A stretch of 64,000 bases of DNA from NCBI RefSeq assembly GCF_009914755.1, contig NC_060948.1. One strand, 5' to 3'. This stretch comes from the human T2T-CHM13v2.0 reference genome, Homo sapiens. Positions within the stretch are counted from its first letter, which is position 1. Each line of letters begins with the position of its first letter. Below the pieces are notes generated by a model. That model had not been told where the DNA came from, did not search any database, and was given only the letters and a program-made list of their open reading frames with translations. The translations under genes and the position numbers were made by a program. Shown here piece by piece: positions 1 through 13,330 of this stretch.

Positions 1-3000
1 GTTTGTTCCATCAGTTGTGTCTAGAGTTCCTTACTTCTGGGAGGTTCATGGACTTGCTCATTTCAAGAATGAAGCTGCATACCTTTACGGTGAGTGTTAT
101 AGCACTTAAAGGTGTTATGTCCAGAGTTTGTTCCTTCAGATGTGTCCAGAGTTTCTTCCTTCTGGCAGGTTCATGGTCTTCCTCACTTCAAGAATGAAGC
201 TGCAGAACTTAGTGGTGAGTTTTACACACTTAAAGGTGTTATGTCCAGAGTTTTTTCCTTCAGATGTGTCCAGAGTTTCTTCCTTCTGGCAGGTTCATGG
301 TCTTGCTCACTTTAAGAATGAAGCTGCAGACCTTAGTGGTGAGTGTTACAACACTTAAAGATGTTATTTACAGAGTTTTTTCCTTCAGATGTGTCCAGAG
401 TTTCTTCCTTCTGGCAGGTTCATGGTCTTGCTCACTTCAAGAATGAAGATGCAGACCTTTACGGTGAGTGTTACAGCACATAAAGGTGTTATATCCAGAG
501 TTTGTTCCTTCAGATGTGTCCAGAGTTTCTTCCTTCTGGCAGGTTCATGGTCTTGCTCACTTCAAGAATGAAGCTGCAGTCCTTTACGGTGAGTGTTACA
601 TCATTTAAAGGTGTTATGTCCAGAGTTTTTTACATCAGATTTGTCTAGATTTCCTTCCTTCTGGGAGTTTCATGGACTTGCTCATTTCAAGAATGAAGCT
701 GCAGACCTTAGTGGTGAGTTTTACAGCACTTAAAGCTGTTATGTCCAGAGTTTGTTCCTTCAGATGTGTCCAGAGTTTCTTCCTTCTCCAGGTTCATGGT
801 TTGCTCACTTCAAGAATGAAGCTGCAGACCTTAGTGGTGAGCGTTACAGCAGTTAAGTTTTTATGTCCAGAGTTTGTTCCTTCAGATAAGTCCAGAGTTT
901 CTTCCTTCTGGCAGGTTCATGGTCTTGCTCACTTCAAGAATGAAGCTGCGGACCTTAGTGGTGAGCGTTACATCACTTAAGTTTTTATGTCCAGAGTTTG
1001 TTCCTTCAGATAAGTCCAGAGTTTCTTCCTTCTGGCAGGTTCATGGTCTTGCTCACTTCAAGAATGAAGCTGCAGACCTTTACGGTGAGTGTTACAGCAT
1101 TTAAAGGTGTTATGTCCATTGTTTGTTCCTTCAGATGTGTCCACTTTCTTCCTTCTGGCAGGTTCATGGTCTTGCTCAATTCAAGAATGAAACTGTAGAC
1201 CTTTACGGTGAGTGTTACAGCAATGAAAGATGCTATGTCCAGAGTTTGTTCCTTCAGATGTGTCCAGAGTTTCTTCCTTCTGGCAGGTTCATGGTCTAGC
1301 TCACTTCAAGAATGAAACTGCAGACCTTTACGGTGAGTGTTACGGCATTTAAAGGTGTTATGTCCAGAGTTTGTTCCTTCAGATGTGTCCAGAGTTTCCT
1401 CCTTCTGGCAGGTTCATGGTCTTGCTCACTTCAAGAATGAAGCTGCAGACCTTAGTGGTGAGCGTTACAGCACTTAAGTTTTTATGTCCAGAGTTTGTTC
1501 CTTCAGATAAGTCCAGAGATTCTTCCTTCTGGCACGTCCATGGTCTTGCTCACTTCAAGAATGAAACTGCAGACCCTTACGGTGAATGTTACAGCACTAA
1601 AAATTGTTATGTCTAGAGTTTCTTCCTTCATATGTGTCCAGTTTCTTCCTTCTGGAAGGTTCATGGTCTTGCTCACTTCAAGAATGAAACTGTAGACCTT
1701 TACGGTGAGTGTTACAGCACTGAAAGATGTTATTTCCAGAGTTTGTTCCTTCAGATGTGTCCAGTGTTTCTTCCTTCTGGCAGGTTCATGGTCTTGCTCA
1801 CTTCAAGAAAGAAGCTGCAGAACTTAGTGGTGAGTTTTACAGCACTTAAAGGTGTTATATCCAGAGTTTGTTCCTTCAGATGTGTCCAGAGTTTCTTCCT
1901 TCTGGCAGGTTCATGGTCTTGCTCACTTCAAGAATGAAGCTGCAGACCTTAGTGGTGAGTGTTACAACACTTAAAGATGTTATTTACAGAGTTTGTTCCT
2001 TCAGATGTGTCCAGAGTTTCTTCCTTCTGGCAGGTTCATGGTCTTGCTCACTTCAAGAATGAAGATGCAGACCTTTACGGTGAGTGTTACAGCACATAAA
2101 GGTGTTATGTCCAGAGTTTGTTCCTTCAGATGTGTCCAGAGTTTCTTCCTTCTGGCAGGTTCATGGTCTTGCTCACTTCAAGAATGAAGCTGCAGTCCTT
2201 TACGGTGAGTGTTACATCATTTAAAGGTGTTATGTCCAGAGTTTTTTACATCAGATGTGTCTAGATTTCCTTCCTTCTGGGAGGTTCATGGACTTGCTCA
2301 TTTCAAGAATGAAGCTGCAGACCTTAGTGGTGAGATTTACAGCACTTAAAGCTGTTATGTCCAGAGTTTGTTCCTTCAGATGTGTCCAGAGTTTCTTCCT
2401 TCTCCAGGTTCATGGTCTTGCTCACTTCACGAATGAAGCTGCAGACCTTAGTGGTGAGCGTTACAGCAGTTAAGTTTTTATGTCCAGAGTTTGTTCCTTC
2501 AGATAAGTCCAGAGTTTCTTCCTTCTGGCGGGTTCATGGTCTTGCTCACTTCAAGAATGAAGCTGCGGACCTTAGTGGTGAGCGTTACAGCACTTAAGTT
2601 TTTATGTCCAGAGTTTGTCCCTTCAGATAAGTCCAGAGATTCTTCCTTCTGGCAGGTTCATGGTCTTGCTCACTTCAAGAATGAAGCTGCAGACCTTTAC
2701 GGTGAGTGTTACAGCACTTAAAGGTGTTATGTCCAGAGTTTGTTCCTTCAGATGTGTCCAGAGTTTCTTCCTTCTGACAAGTTCATGGTCTTGCTCACTT
2801 CAAGAATGAAGCTGCAGACCTTTACGGTGAGAGTTACAACATTAATGGTGTTATGTACAGAGTTTGTTCCTTCAGATGTGTGCAGAGTTTCTTCCTTCTG
2901 GCAGGTTCATGGTATTGCTCACTTCAAGAATGAAGCTGCAGACCTTAGTGGTGAGTGTTACAGCACTTAAAGTTGTTATGTCCAGAGTTTGTTCCTTCAG

Positions 3001-6000
3001 ATGTGTCCAGAGTTTCTTCCCTCTGGCTGGTTCTTGGTCTTGCTCACTTCAAGAATGAAGCTGCAGACCTTTACGGTGAGTGTTACAGCATTTAATGGAG
3101 ATATGTCCAGAGTTTCTTACATCAGATGTGTCTAGAGCTCCTTCCTTCTGGGAGGTTCATGGACTTGCTCATTTCAAGAATGAAGCTGAAGACCGTAGTG
3201 GTGAGTTTTACAACATTTAAAGGTGTTAGGTCCAGAGTTTGTTCCTTCAGATGTGTCCAGAGTTTCTTCCTTCTGGCAGGTTCATGGTCTTGCTCACTTC
3301 AAGAATGAAGCTGCAGACCTTAGTGGTGAGCGTTACAGCACTTATGTTTTTATGTCCAGGATTTGTTCCTTCAGATAAGTCCAGAGTTTCTTCCTTCTTG
3401 CAGGTTCATAGTCTTGCTCACTTCAAGAATGAAGCTGCAGAACTTAGTGGTGAGTTTTACAGCACTTAAAGGTGTTATGTCCAGAGTTTGTTCCTTCAGA
3501 TGTGTCCAGAGTTTCTTCCTTCTGGCAGGTTCATGGTCTTGCTCACTTCAAGAATGACGGGGCAGACCTTTACGGTGAGTGTTACAGCATTTAAATGTGT
3601 TATGTCCATTGTTTGTTCCTTCAGATGTGTCCACTTTCTTCCTTCTGGCAGGTTCATGGTCTTGCTCACTTCAAGAATGAAACTGTAGACCTTTACGGTG
3701 AGTGTTACAGCAATGAAAGATGCTATGTCCAGAGTTTTTTCCTTCAGATGTGTCCAGAGTTTCTTCCTTCTGGCAGGTTCATGGTCTAGCTCAATTCAAG
3801 AATGAAACTGCAGACCTTTACGGTGAGTGTTACAGCATTTAAAGGTGTTATGTCCAGAGTTTGTTCCTTCAGATGTGTCCAGAGTTTCCTCCTTCTGGCA
3901 GGTTCATGGTCTTGCTCACTTCAAGAATGAAGCTGCAGTCCTTTACGGTGAGTGTTACATCATTTAAAGGTGTTATGTCCAGAGTTTTTTACATCAGATG
4001 TGTCTAATTTTCCTTCCTTCTGGGAGGTTCATGGACTTGCTCATTTCAAGAATGAAGCTGCAGACCTTAGTGGTGAGTTTTACAGCACTTAAAGCTGTTA
4101 TGTCCAGAGTTTGTTCCTTCAGATGTGTCCAGAGTTTCTTCCTTCTCCAGGTTCATGGTCTTGCTCACTTCAAGAATGAAGCTGCAGACCTTAGTGGTGA
4201 GCGTTACAGCACTTAAGTTTTTATGTCCAGAGTGTGTTCCTTCAGATAAGTCCAGAGTTTCTTCCTTCTGGCAGGCTCATGGTCTTGCTCACTTCAAGAA
4301 TGAAGCAGCGGACCTTAGTGGTGAGCGTTACAGCACTTAAGTTTTTATGTCCAGAGTTTGTTCCTTCAGATAAGTCCAGAGTTTCTTCCTTGTGGCAGGT
4401 TCATGGTCTTGCTCACTTCAAGAATGAAGCTGCAGACCTTAGTGGTGAGCGTTACAGCACTTAAGTTTTTATGTCCAGAGTTTGTTCCTTCAGATAAGTC
4501 TAGAGATTCTTCCTTCTGGCAGGTCCATGGTCTTCCTCACTTCAAGAATGAAACTGCAGACCCTTACGGTGAATGTTACAGCACTTAAAATTGTTATGTC
4601 TAGAGTTTCTTCCTTCATATGTGTCCAGTTTCTTCCTTCTGGAAGGTTCATGGTCTTGCTCACTTCAAGAATGAAACTGTAGACCTTTACGGTGAGTGTT
4701 ACAGCACTGAAAGATGTTATTTCCAGAGTTTGTTCCTTGAGATGTGTCCAGAGTTTCTTCCTTCTGGCAGGCTCATGGTCTTGCTCACTTCAAGAAAGAA
4801 GCTGCAGAACTTAGTGGTGAGTTTTGCAGCACTTAAAGGTGTTATGTCCAGAGTTTGTTCCTTCAGATGTGTCCAGAGTTTCTTCCTTCTGGCAGGTTCA
4901 TGGTCTTGCTCACTTCAAGAATGAAGCTGCAGACCTTAGTGGTGAGTGTTACAACACTTAAAGGTGTTATTTACAGAGTTTGTTCCTTCAGATGTGTCCA
5001 GAGTTTCTTCCTTCTGGCAGGTTCATGGTCTTGCTCACTTCAAGAATGAAGATGGAGACCTTTACGGTGAGTGTTACAGCACATAAAGGTGTTATGTTCA
5101 GAGATTGTTCCTTCAGATGTGTCCAGAGTTTCTTCCTTCTGGCAGGTTCATGGTCTTGCTCACTTCAAGAATGAAGCTGCAGTCCTTTACGGTGAGTGTT
5201 ACATCATTTAAAGGTGTTATATCCAGAGTTTTTTACATCAGATGTGTCTAGATTTCCTTCCTTCTGGGAGGTTCACGGACTTGCTCATTTCAAGAATGAA
5301 GCTGCAGACCTTAGTGGTGAGTTTTACAACACTTAAAGCTGTTATGTCCAGAGTTTGTTCCTTCAGGTGTGTCCAGAGTTTCTTCCTTCTCCAGGTTCAT
5401 GGTCTTGCTCACTTCAAGAATGAAGCTGCAGACCTTAGTGGTGAGCGTTACAGCACTTAAGTTTTTATGTCCAGAGTTTGTTCCTTCAGATAAGTCCAGA
5501 GTTTCTTCCTTCTGGCAGGTTCATGGTCTTGCTCACTTCAAGAATGAAGCTGCGGACCTTAGTGGTGAGCGTTACAGCACTTAAGTTTTTATGTCCAGAG
5601 TTTGTTCCTTCAGATAAGTCCAGACTTTCTTCCTTCTGGCAGGTTCATGGTCTTGCTCACTTCAAGAATGAAGCTGCAGACCTTTACGGTGAGTGTTATA
5701 GCACTTAAAGGTGTTATGTCCAGAGTTTGTTCCTTCAGAAGTGTCCAGAGTTTCTTCCTTCTGACAAGTTCATGGTCTTGCTCACTTCAAGAATGAAGCT
5801 GCAGACCTTTACGGTGAGTGTTACAGCATTAATGGTGTTATGTACAGAGTTTGTTCCTTCAGATGTGTGCAGAGTTTCTTCCTTCTGGCAGGTTCATGGT
5901 ATTGCTCACTTCAAGAATGAAGCTGCAGACCTTAGTGGTGAGTGTTACAGCACTTAAAGTTGTTATGTCCAGGGTTTGTTCCTTCAGATGTGTACAGAGT

Positions 6001-7089
6001 TTCTTCCCTCTGGCTGGTTCTTGGTCTTGCTCACTTCAAGAATGAAGCTGCAGACCTTTACGGTGAGTGTTACAGCATTTAATGGAGTTATGTCCAGAGT
6101 TTCTTACATCAGATGTGTCTAGAACTCCTTCCTTCTGGGAGGTTCATGGACTTGCTCATTTCAAGAATGAAGCTGAAGACCTTAGTGGTGAGTTTTACAG
6201 CACTTAAAGGTGTTAGGTCCAGAGTTTGTTCCTTCAGATGTGTCCAGAGTTTCTTCCTTCTGGCAGGTTCATCGTGTTGCTCACTTCAAGAATGAAGCTG
6301 CAGACCTTAGTGGTGAGCGTTACAGCACTTAAGTTTTTATGTCCAGGGTTTGTTCCTTCAGATAAGTCCAGAGTTTCTTCCTTCTTGCAGGTTCATGGTC
6401 TTGCTCACTTCAAGAATGAAGCTGCAGAACTTAGTGGTGAGTTTTACAGCACATAAAGGTGTTATGTCCAGAGTTTGTTCCTTCAGATGTGTCCAGAGTT
6501 TCTTCCTTCTGGCAGGTTCATGGTCTTGCTCACTTCAAGAATGACGCGGCAGACCTTTACGGTGAGTGTTACAGCATTTAATAGTGTTATGTCCAGAGGT
6601 TGTTCCTTCAGATGTGTCCACTTTCTTCCTTCTGGCAGGTTCATGGTCTTGCTCACTTCAAGAATGAAACTGTAGACCTTTACGGTGAGTGTTACAGCAA
6701 TGAATGATGCTATGTCCAGAGTTTGTTCCTTCAGATGTGTCCAGAGTTTCTTCCTTCTGGCAGGTTCATGGTCTTGCTCACTTCAAGAATGAAGCTGCAG
6801 TCCTTTACGGTGAGTGTTACAGCATTTAAAGGTGTTATGTCCAGAGTTTGTTCCTTCAGATGTGTCCAGAGTTTCCTCCTTCTGGCAGGTTCATGGTCTT
6901 GCTCACTTCAAGAATGAAGCTGCAGACCTTAGTGGTGAGTGTTACAGCACTTAAATTTGTTATGTCCAGAGTTTGTTCCTTCAGATGTGTCCAGAGTTTC
7001 TTCCCTCTGGCTGGTTGTTGGTCTTCCTCACTTCAAGAATGAAGCTGCATACCTTTACGGTGAGTGTTACAGCATTTAATGGAGTTATG

Positions 7090-10000
7090 TCCAGAGTTTC
7101 TTACATCAGATGTGTCTAGAGCTCCTTCCTTCTGGGAGGTTCATGGACTTGCTCATTTCAAGAATGAAGCTGAAGTCCTTAGTGGTGAGTATTACAACAC
7201 TTAAAGGTGTTAGGTCCAGAGTTTGTTCCTTCAGATGTGTCCAGAGTTTCTTCCTTCTGGCAGGTTCATGGTCTTGCTCACTTCAAGAATGAAGCTGCAG
7301 ACCTTAGTGCTGAGCGTTACAGCACTTAAGTTTTTATGTCCAGAGTTTGTTCCTTCAGATAAGTCCAGAGATTCTTCCTTCTGGCAGGTCCATGGTCTTG
7401 CTCACTTCAAGAATGAAACTGCAGACCCTTACGGTGAGTGTTACAGCACTTAAAATTGTTATGTCTAGAGTTTGTTCTTTCATATGTGTCCAGTTTCTTC
7501 CTTCTGGAAGGTTCATGGTCTTGCTCACTTCAAGAATGAAACTGTAGACCTTTACGGTGAGTGTTACAGCACTGAAAGATGTTATTTCCAGAGTTTGTTC
7601 CTTCAGATGTGTCCAGAGTTTCTTCCTTCTGTCAGGTTCATGGTCTTGCTCACTTCAAGAATGAAGCTGCAGAACTTAGTGGTGAGTTTTACAGCACTTA
7701 AAGGTGTTATATCCAGAGTTTGTTCCTTCAGATGTGTCCAGAGTTTCTTCCTTCTGGCAGGTTCATGGTCTTGCTCACTTCAAGAATGAAGCTGCAGACC
7801 TTAGTGGTGAGTGTTACAACAATTAAAGATGTTATTTACAGAGTTTGTTCCTTCAGATGTGTCCAGAGTTTCTTCCTTCTGGCAGGTTCATGGTCTTGCT
7901 CACTTCAAGAATGAAGATGCAGACCTTTACGGTGAGTGTTACAGCACATAAAGGTGTTATGTCCAGAGTTTGTTCCTTCAGATGTGTCCAGAGTTTCTTC
8001 CTTCTGGCAGGTTCATGGTCTTGCTCACTTCAAGAATGAAGCTGCAGTCCTTTACGGTGAGTGTTACATCATTTAAAGGTGTTATGTCCAGAGTTATTTA
8101 CATCAGATGTGTCTAATTTTCCTTCCTTCTGGGAGGTTCATGGACTTGCTCATTTCAAGAATGAAGCTGCAGACCTTAGTGGTGAGTTTTACAGCACTTA
8201 AAGCTGTTATGTCCAGAGTTTGTTCCTTCAGATGTGTCCAGAGTTTCTTCCTTCTCCAGGTTCATGGTCTTGCTCACTTCAAGAATGAAGCTGCAGACCT
8301 TAGTGGTGAGCGTTACAGCATTTAAGTTTTTATGTCCAGAGTTTGTTCCTTCAGATAAGTCCAGAGTTTCTTCCTTCTGGCAGGTTCATGGTCTTGCTCA
8401 CTTCAAGAATGAAGCTGCGGACCTTAGTGGTGAGCGTTACAGCACTTAAGTTTTTATGTCCAGAGTTTGTTCCTTCAGATAAGTCCAGAGATTCTTCCTT
8501 CCGGCAGGTCCATGGTCTTGCTCACTTCAAGAATGAAACTGCAGACCCTTACGGTGAATGTTACAGCACTTAAAATTGTTATGTCTAGAGTTTCTTCCTT
8601 CATATGTGTCCAGTTTCTTCCTTCTGGAAGGTTCATGGTCTTGCTCACTTCAAGAATGAACCTGTAGACCTTTACGGTGAGTGTTACAGCACTGAAAGAT
8701 GTTATTTCCAGAGTTTGTTCCTTCAGATGTGTCCAGAGTTTCTTCCTTCTGGCAGGCTCATGGTCTTGCTCACTTCAAGAAAGAAGCTGCAGAACTTAGT
8801 GGTGAGTTTTGCAGCACTTAAAGGTGTTATGTCCAGAGTTTGTTCCTTCAGATGTGTCCAGAGTTTCTTCCTTCTGGCAGGTTCATGGTCTTGCTCACTT
8901 CAAGAATGAAGCTGTAGACCTTAGTGGTGTGTGTTACAACACTTAAAGATGTTATTTACAGAGTTTGTTCCTTCAGATGTGTCCAGAGTTTCTTCCTTCT
9001 GGCAGGTTCATGGTCTTGCTCACTTCAAGAATGAAGATGCAGACCTTTACGGTGAGTGTTACAGCACATAAAGGTGTTATGTCCAGAGATTGTTCCTTCA
9101 GATGTGTCCAGAGTTTCTTCCTTCTGGCAGGTTCATGGTCTTGCTCACTTCAAGAATGAAGCTGCAGTCCTTTACGGTGAGTGTTACATCATTTAAAGGT
9201 GTTATATCCAGAGTTTTTTACATCAGACGTGTCTAGATTTCCTTCCTTCTGGGAGGTTCACGGACTTGCTCATTTCAAGAATGAAGCTGCAGACCTTAGT
9301 GGTGAGTTTTACAGCACTTAAAGCTGTTATGTCCAGAGTTTGTTCCTTCAGATGTGTCCAGAGTTTCTTCCTTCTCCAGGTTCATGGTCTTGCTCACTTC
9401 AAGAATGAAGCTGCAGACCTTAGTGGTGAGCGTTACAGCAGTTAAGTTTTTATGTCTAGAGTTTGTTCCTTCAGATAAGTCCAGAGTTTCGTCCTTCTGG
9501 CAGGTTCATGGTCTTGCTCACTTGAAGAATGAAGCTGCGGACCCTAGTGGTGAGCGTTACAGCACTTAAGTTTTTATGTCCAGAGTTTGTTCCTTCAGAT
9601 AAGTCCAGAGTTTCTTCCTTCTGGCAGGTTCATGGTCTTGCTCACTTCAAGAATGAAGCTGCAGACCTTAGTGGTGAGCGTTACAGCAGTTATGTTTTTA
9701 TGTCCAGAGTTTGTTCCTTCAGATAAGTCCAGACTTTCTTCCTTCTGGCAGGTTCATGGTCTTGCTCACTTCAAGAATGAAGCTGCAGACCTTTACGGTG
9801 AGTGTTACAGCACTTAAAGTGTTATGTCCAGAGTTTGTTCCTTCAGAAGTGTCCAGAGTTTCTTCCTTCTGACAAGTTCATGGTCTTGCTCACTTCAAGA
9901 ATGAAGCTGCAGACCTTTACGGTGAGTGTTACAGCATTAATGGTGTTATGTACAGAGTTTGTTCCTTCAGATGTGTGCAGAGTTTCTTCCTTCTGGCAGG

Positions 10001-13000
10001 TTCATGGTATTGCTCACTTCAAGAATGAAGCTGCAGACCTTAGTGGTGAGTGTTACAGCACTTAAAGTTGTTATGTCCAGGGTTTGTTCCTTCAGATGTG
10101 TACAGAGTTTCTTCCCTCTGGCTGGTTCTTGGTCTTGCTCACTTCAAGAATGAAGCTGCAGACCTTTACGGTGAGTGTTACAGCATTTAATGGAGTTATG
10201 TCCAGAGTTTCTTACATCAGATGTGTCTAGAGCTCCTTCCTTCTGGGAGGTTCATGGACTTGCTCATTTCAAGAATGAAGCTGAAGTCCTTAGTGGTGAG
10301 TATTACAACACTTAAAGGTGTTAGGTCCAGAGTTTGTTCCTTCAGATGTGTCCAGAGTTTCTTCCTTCTGGCAGGTTCATGGTCTTGCTCACTTCAAGAA
10401 TGAAGCTGCAGACCTTAGTGCTGAGCGTTACAGCACTTAAGTTTTTATGTCCAGAGTTTGTTCCTTCAGATAAGTCCAGAGATTCTTCCTTCTGGCAGGT
10501 CCATGGTCTTGCTCACTTCAAGAATGAAACTGCAGACCCTTACGGTGAGTGTTACAGCACTTAAAATTGTTATGTCTAGAGTTTGTTCTTTCATATGTGT
10601 CCAGTTTCTTCCTTCTGGAAGGTTCATGGTCTTGCTCACTTCAAGAATGAAACTGTAGACCTTTACGGTGAGTGTTACAGCACTGAAAGATGTTATTTCC
10701 AGAGTTTGTTCCTTCAGATGTGTCCAGAGTTTCTTCCTTCTGTCAGGTTCATGGTCTTGCTCACTTCAAGAATGAAGCTGCAGAACTTAGTGGTGAGTTT
10801 TACAGCACTTAAAGGTGTTATATCCAGAGTTTGTTCCTTCAGATGTGTCCAGAGTTTCTTCCTTCTGGCAGGTTCATGGTCTTGCTCACTTCAAGAATGA
10901 AGCTGCAGACCTTAGTGGTGAGTGTTACAACAATTAAAGATGTTATTTACAGAGTTTGTTCCTTCAGATGTGTCCAGAGTTTCTTCCTTCTGGCAGGTTC
11001 ATGGTCTTGCTCACTTCAAGAATGAAGATGCAGACCTTTACGGTGAGTGTTACAGCACATAAAGGTGTTATGTCCAGAGTTTGTTCCTTCAGATGTGTCC
11101 AGAGTTTCTTCCTTCTGGCAGGTTCATGGTCTTGCTCACTTCAAGAATGAAGCTGCAGTCCTTTACGGTGAGTGTTACATCATTTAAAGGTGTTATGTCC
11201 AGAGTTATTTACATCAGATGTGTCTAATTTTCCTTCCTTCTGGGAGGTTCATGGACTTGCTCATTTCAAGAATGAAGCTGCAGACCTTAGTGGTGAGTTT
11301 TACAGCACTTAAAGCTGTTATGTCCAGAGTTTGTTCCTTCAGATGTGTCCAGAGTTTCTTCCTTCTCCAGGTTCATGGTCTTGCTCACTTCAAGAATGAA
11401 GCTGCAGACCTTAGTGGTGAGCGTTACAGCATTTAAGTTTTTATGTCCAGAGTTTGTTCCTTCAGATAAGTCCAGAGTTTCTTCCTTCTGGCAGGTTCAT
11501 GGTCTTGCTCACTTCAAGAATGAAGCTGCGGACCTTAGTGGTGAGCGTTACAGCACTTAAGTTTTTATGTCCAGAATTTGTTCCTTCAGATAAGTCCAGA
11601 GATTCTTCCTTCCGGCAGGTCCATGGTCTTGCTCACTTCAAGAATGAAACTGCAGACCCTTACGGTGAATGTTACAGCACTTAAAATTGTTATGTCTAGA
11701 GTTTCTTCCTTCATATGTGTCCAGTTTCTTCCTTCTGGAAGGTTCATGGTCTTGCTCACTTCAAGAATGAACCTGTAGACCTTTACGGTGAGTGTTACAG
11801 CACTGAAAGATGTTATTTCCAGAGTTTGTTCCTTCAGATGTGTCCAGAGTTTCTTCCTTCTGGCAGGCTCATGGTCTTGCTCACTTCAAGAAAGAAGCTG
11901 CAGAACTTAGTGGTGAGTTTTGCAGCACTTAAAGGTGTTATGTCCAGAGTTTGTTCCTTCAGATGTGTCCAGAGTTTCTTCCTTCTGGCAGGTTCATGGT
12001 CTTGCTCACTTCAAGAATGAAGCTGTAGACCTTAGTGGTGTGTGTTACAACACTTAAAGATGTTATTTACAGAGTTTGTTCCTTCAGATGTGTCCAGAGT
12101 TTCTTCCTTCTGGCAGGTTCATGGTCTTGCTCACTTCAAGAATGAAGATGCAGACCTTTACGGTGAGTGTTACAGCACATAAAGGTGTTATGTCCAGAGA
12201 TTGTTCCTTCAGATGTGTCCAGAGTTTCTTCCTTCTGGCAGGTTCATGGTCTTGCTCACTTCAAGAATGAAGCTGCAGTCCTTTACGGTGAGTGTTACAT
12301 CATTTAAAGGTGTTATATCCAGAGTTTTTTACATCAGACGTGTCTAGATTTCCTTCCTTCTGGGAGGTTCACGGACTTGCTCATTTCAAGAATGAAGCTG
12401 CAGACCTTAGTGGTGAGTTTTACAGCACTTAAAGCTGTTATGTCCAGAGTTTGTTCCTTCAGATGTGTCCAGAGTTTCTTCCTTCTCCAGGTTCATGGTC
12501 TTGCTCACTTCAAGAATGAAGCTGCAGACCTTAGTGGTGAGCGTTACAGCAGTTAAGTTTTTATGTCTAGAGTTTGTTCCTTCAGATAAGTCCAGAGTTT
12601 CGTCCTTCTGGCAGGTTCATGGTCTTGCTCACTTGAAGAATGAAGCTGCGGACCCTAGTGGTGAGCGTTACAGCACTTAAGTTTTTATGTCCAGAGTTTG
12701 TTCCTTCAGATAAGTCCAGAGTTTCTTCCTTCTGGCAGGTTCATGGTCTTGCTCACTTCAAGAATGAAGCTGCAGACCTTAGTGGTGAGCGTTACAGCAG
12801 TTATGTTTTTATGTCCAGAGTTTGTTCCTTCAGATAAGTCCAGACTTTCTTCCTTCTGGCAGGTTCATGGTCTTGCTCACTTCAAGAATGAAGCTGCAGA
12901 CCTTTACGGTGAGTGTTACAGCACTTAAAGTGTTATGTCCAGAGTTTGTTCCTTCAGAAGTGTCCAGAGTTTCTTCCTTCTGACAAGTTCATGGTCTTGC

Positions 13001-13330
13001 TCACTTCAAGAATGAAGCTGCAGACCTTTACGGTGAGTGTTACAGCATTAATGGTGTTATGTACAGAGTTTGTTCCTTCAGATGTGTGCAGAGTTTCTTC
13101 CTTCTGGCAGGTTCATGGTATTGCTCACTTCAAGAATGAAGCTGCAGACCTTAGTGGTGAGTGTTACAGCACTTGAAGTTGTTATGTCCAGGGTTTGTTC
13201 CTTCAGATGTGTACAGAGTTTCTTCCCTCTGGCTGGTTCTTGGTCTTGCTCACTTCAAGAATGAAGCTGCAGACCTTTACGGTGAGTGTTACAGCATTTA
13301 ATGGAGTTATGTCCAGAGTTTCTTACATCA
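7090..13330. repeat. Near-perfect tandem duplication of 3111 bp (25 monomers)
   Basis: ORFs starting from 7110 to 9802 recur with identical translation at +3111 (10221 to 12913). Private variants are duplicated: gagttattta (8091/11202), tttcgtcc (~9487/12598) and the 1-bp deletion cttaaagtgtt (~9813/12924). Confidence 0.92.
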
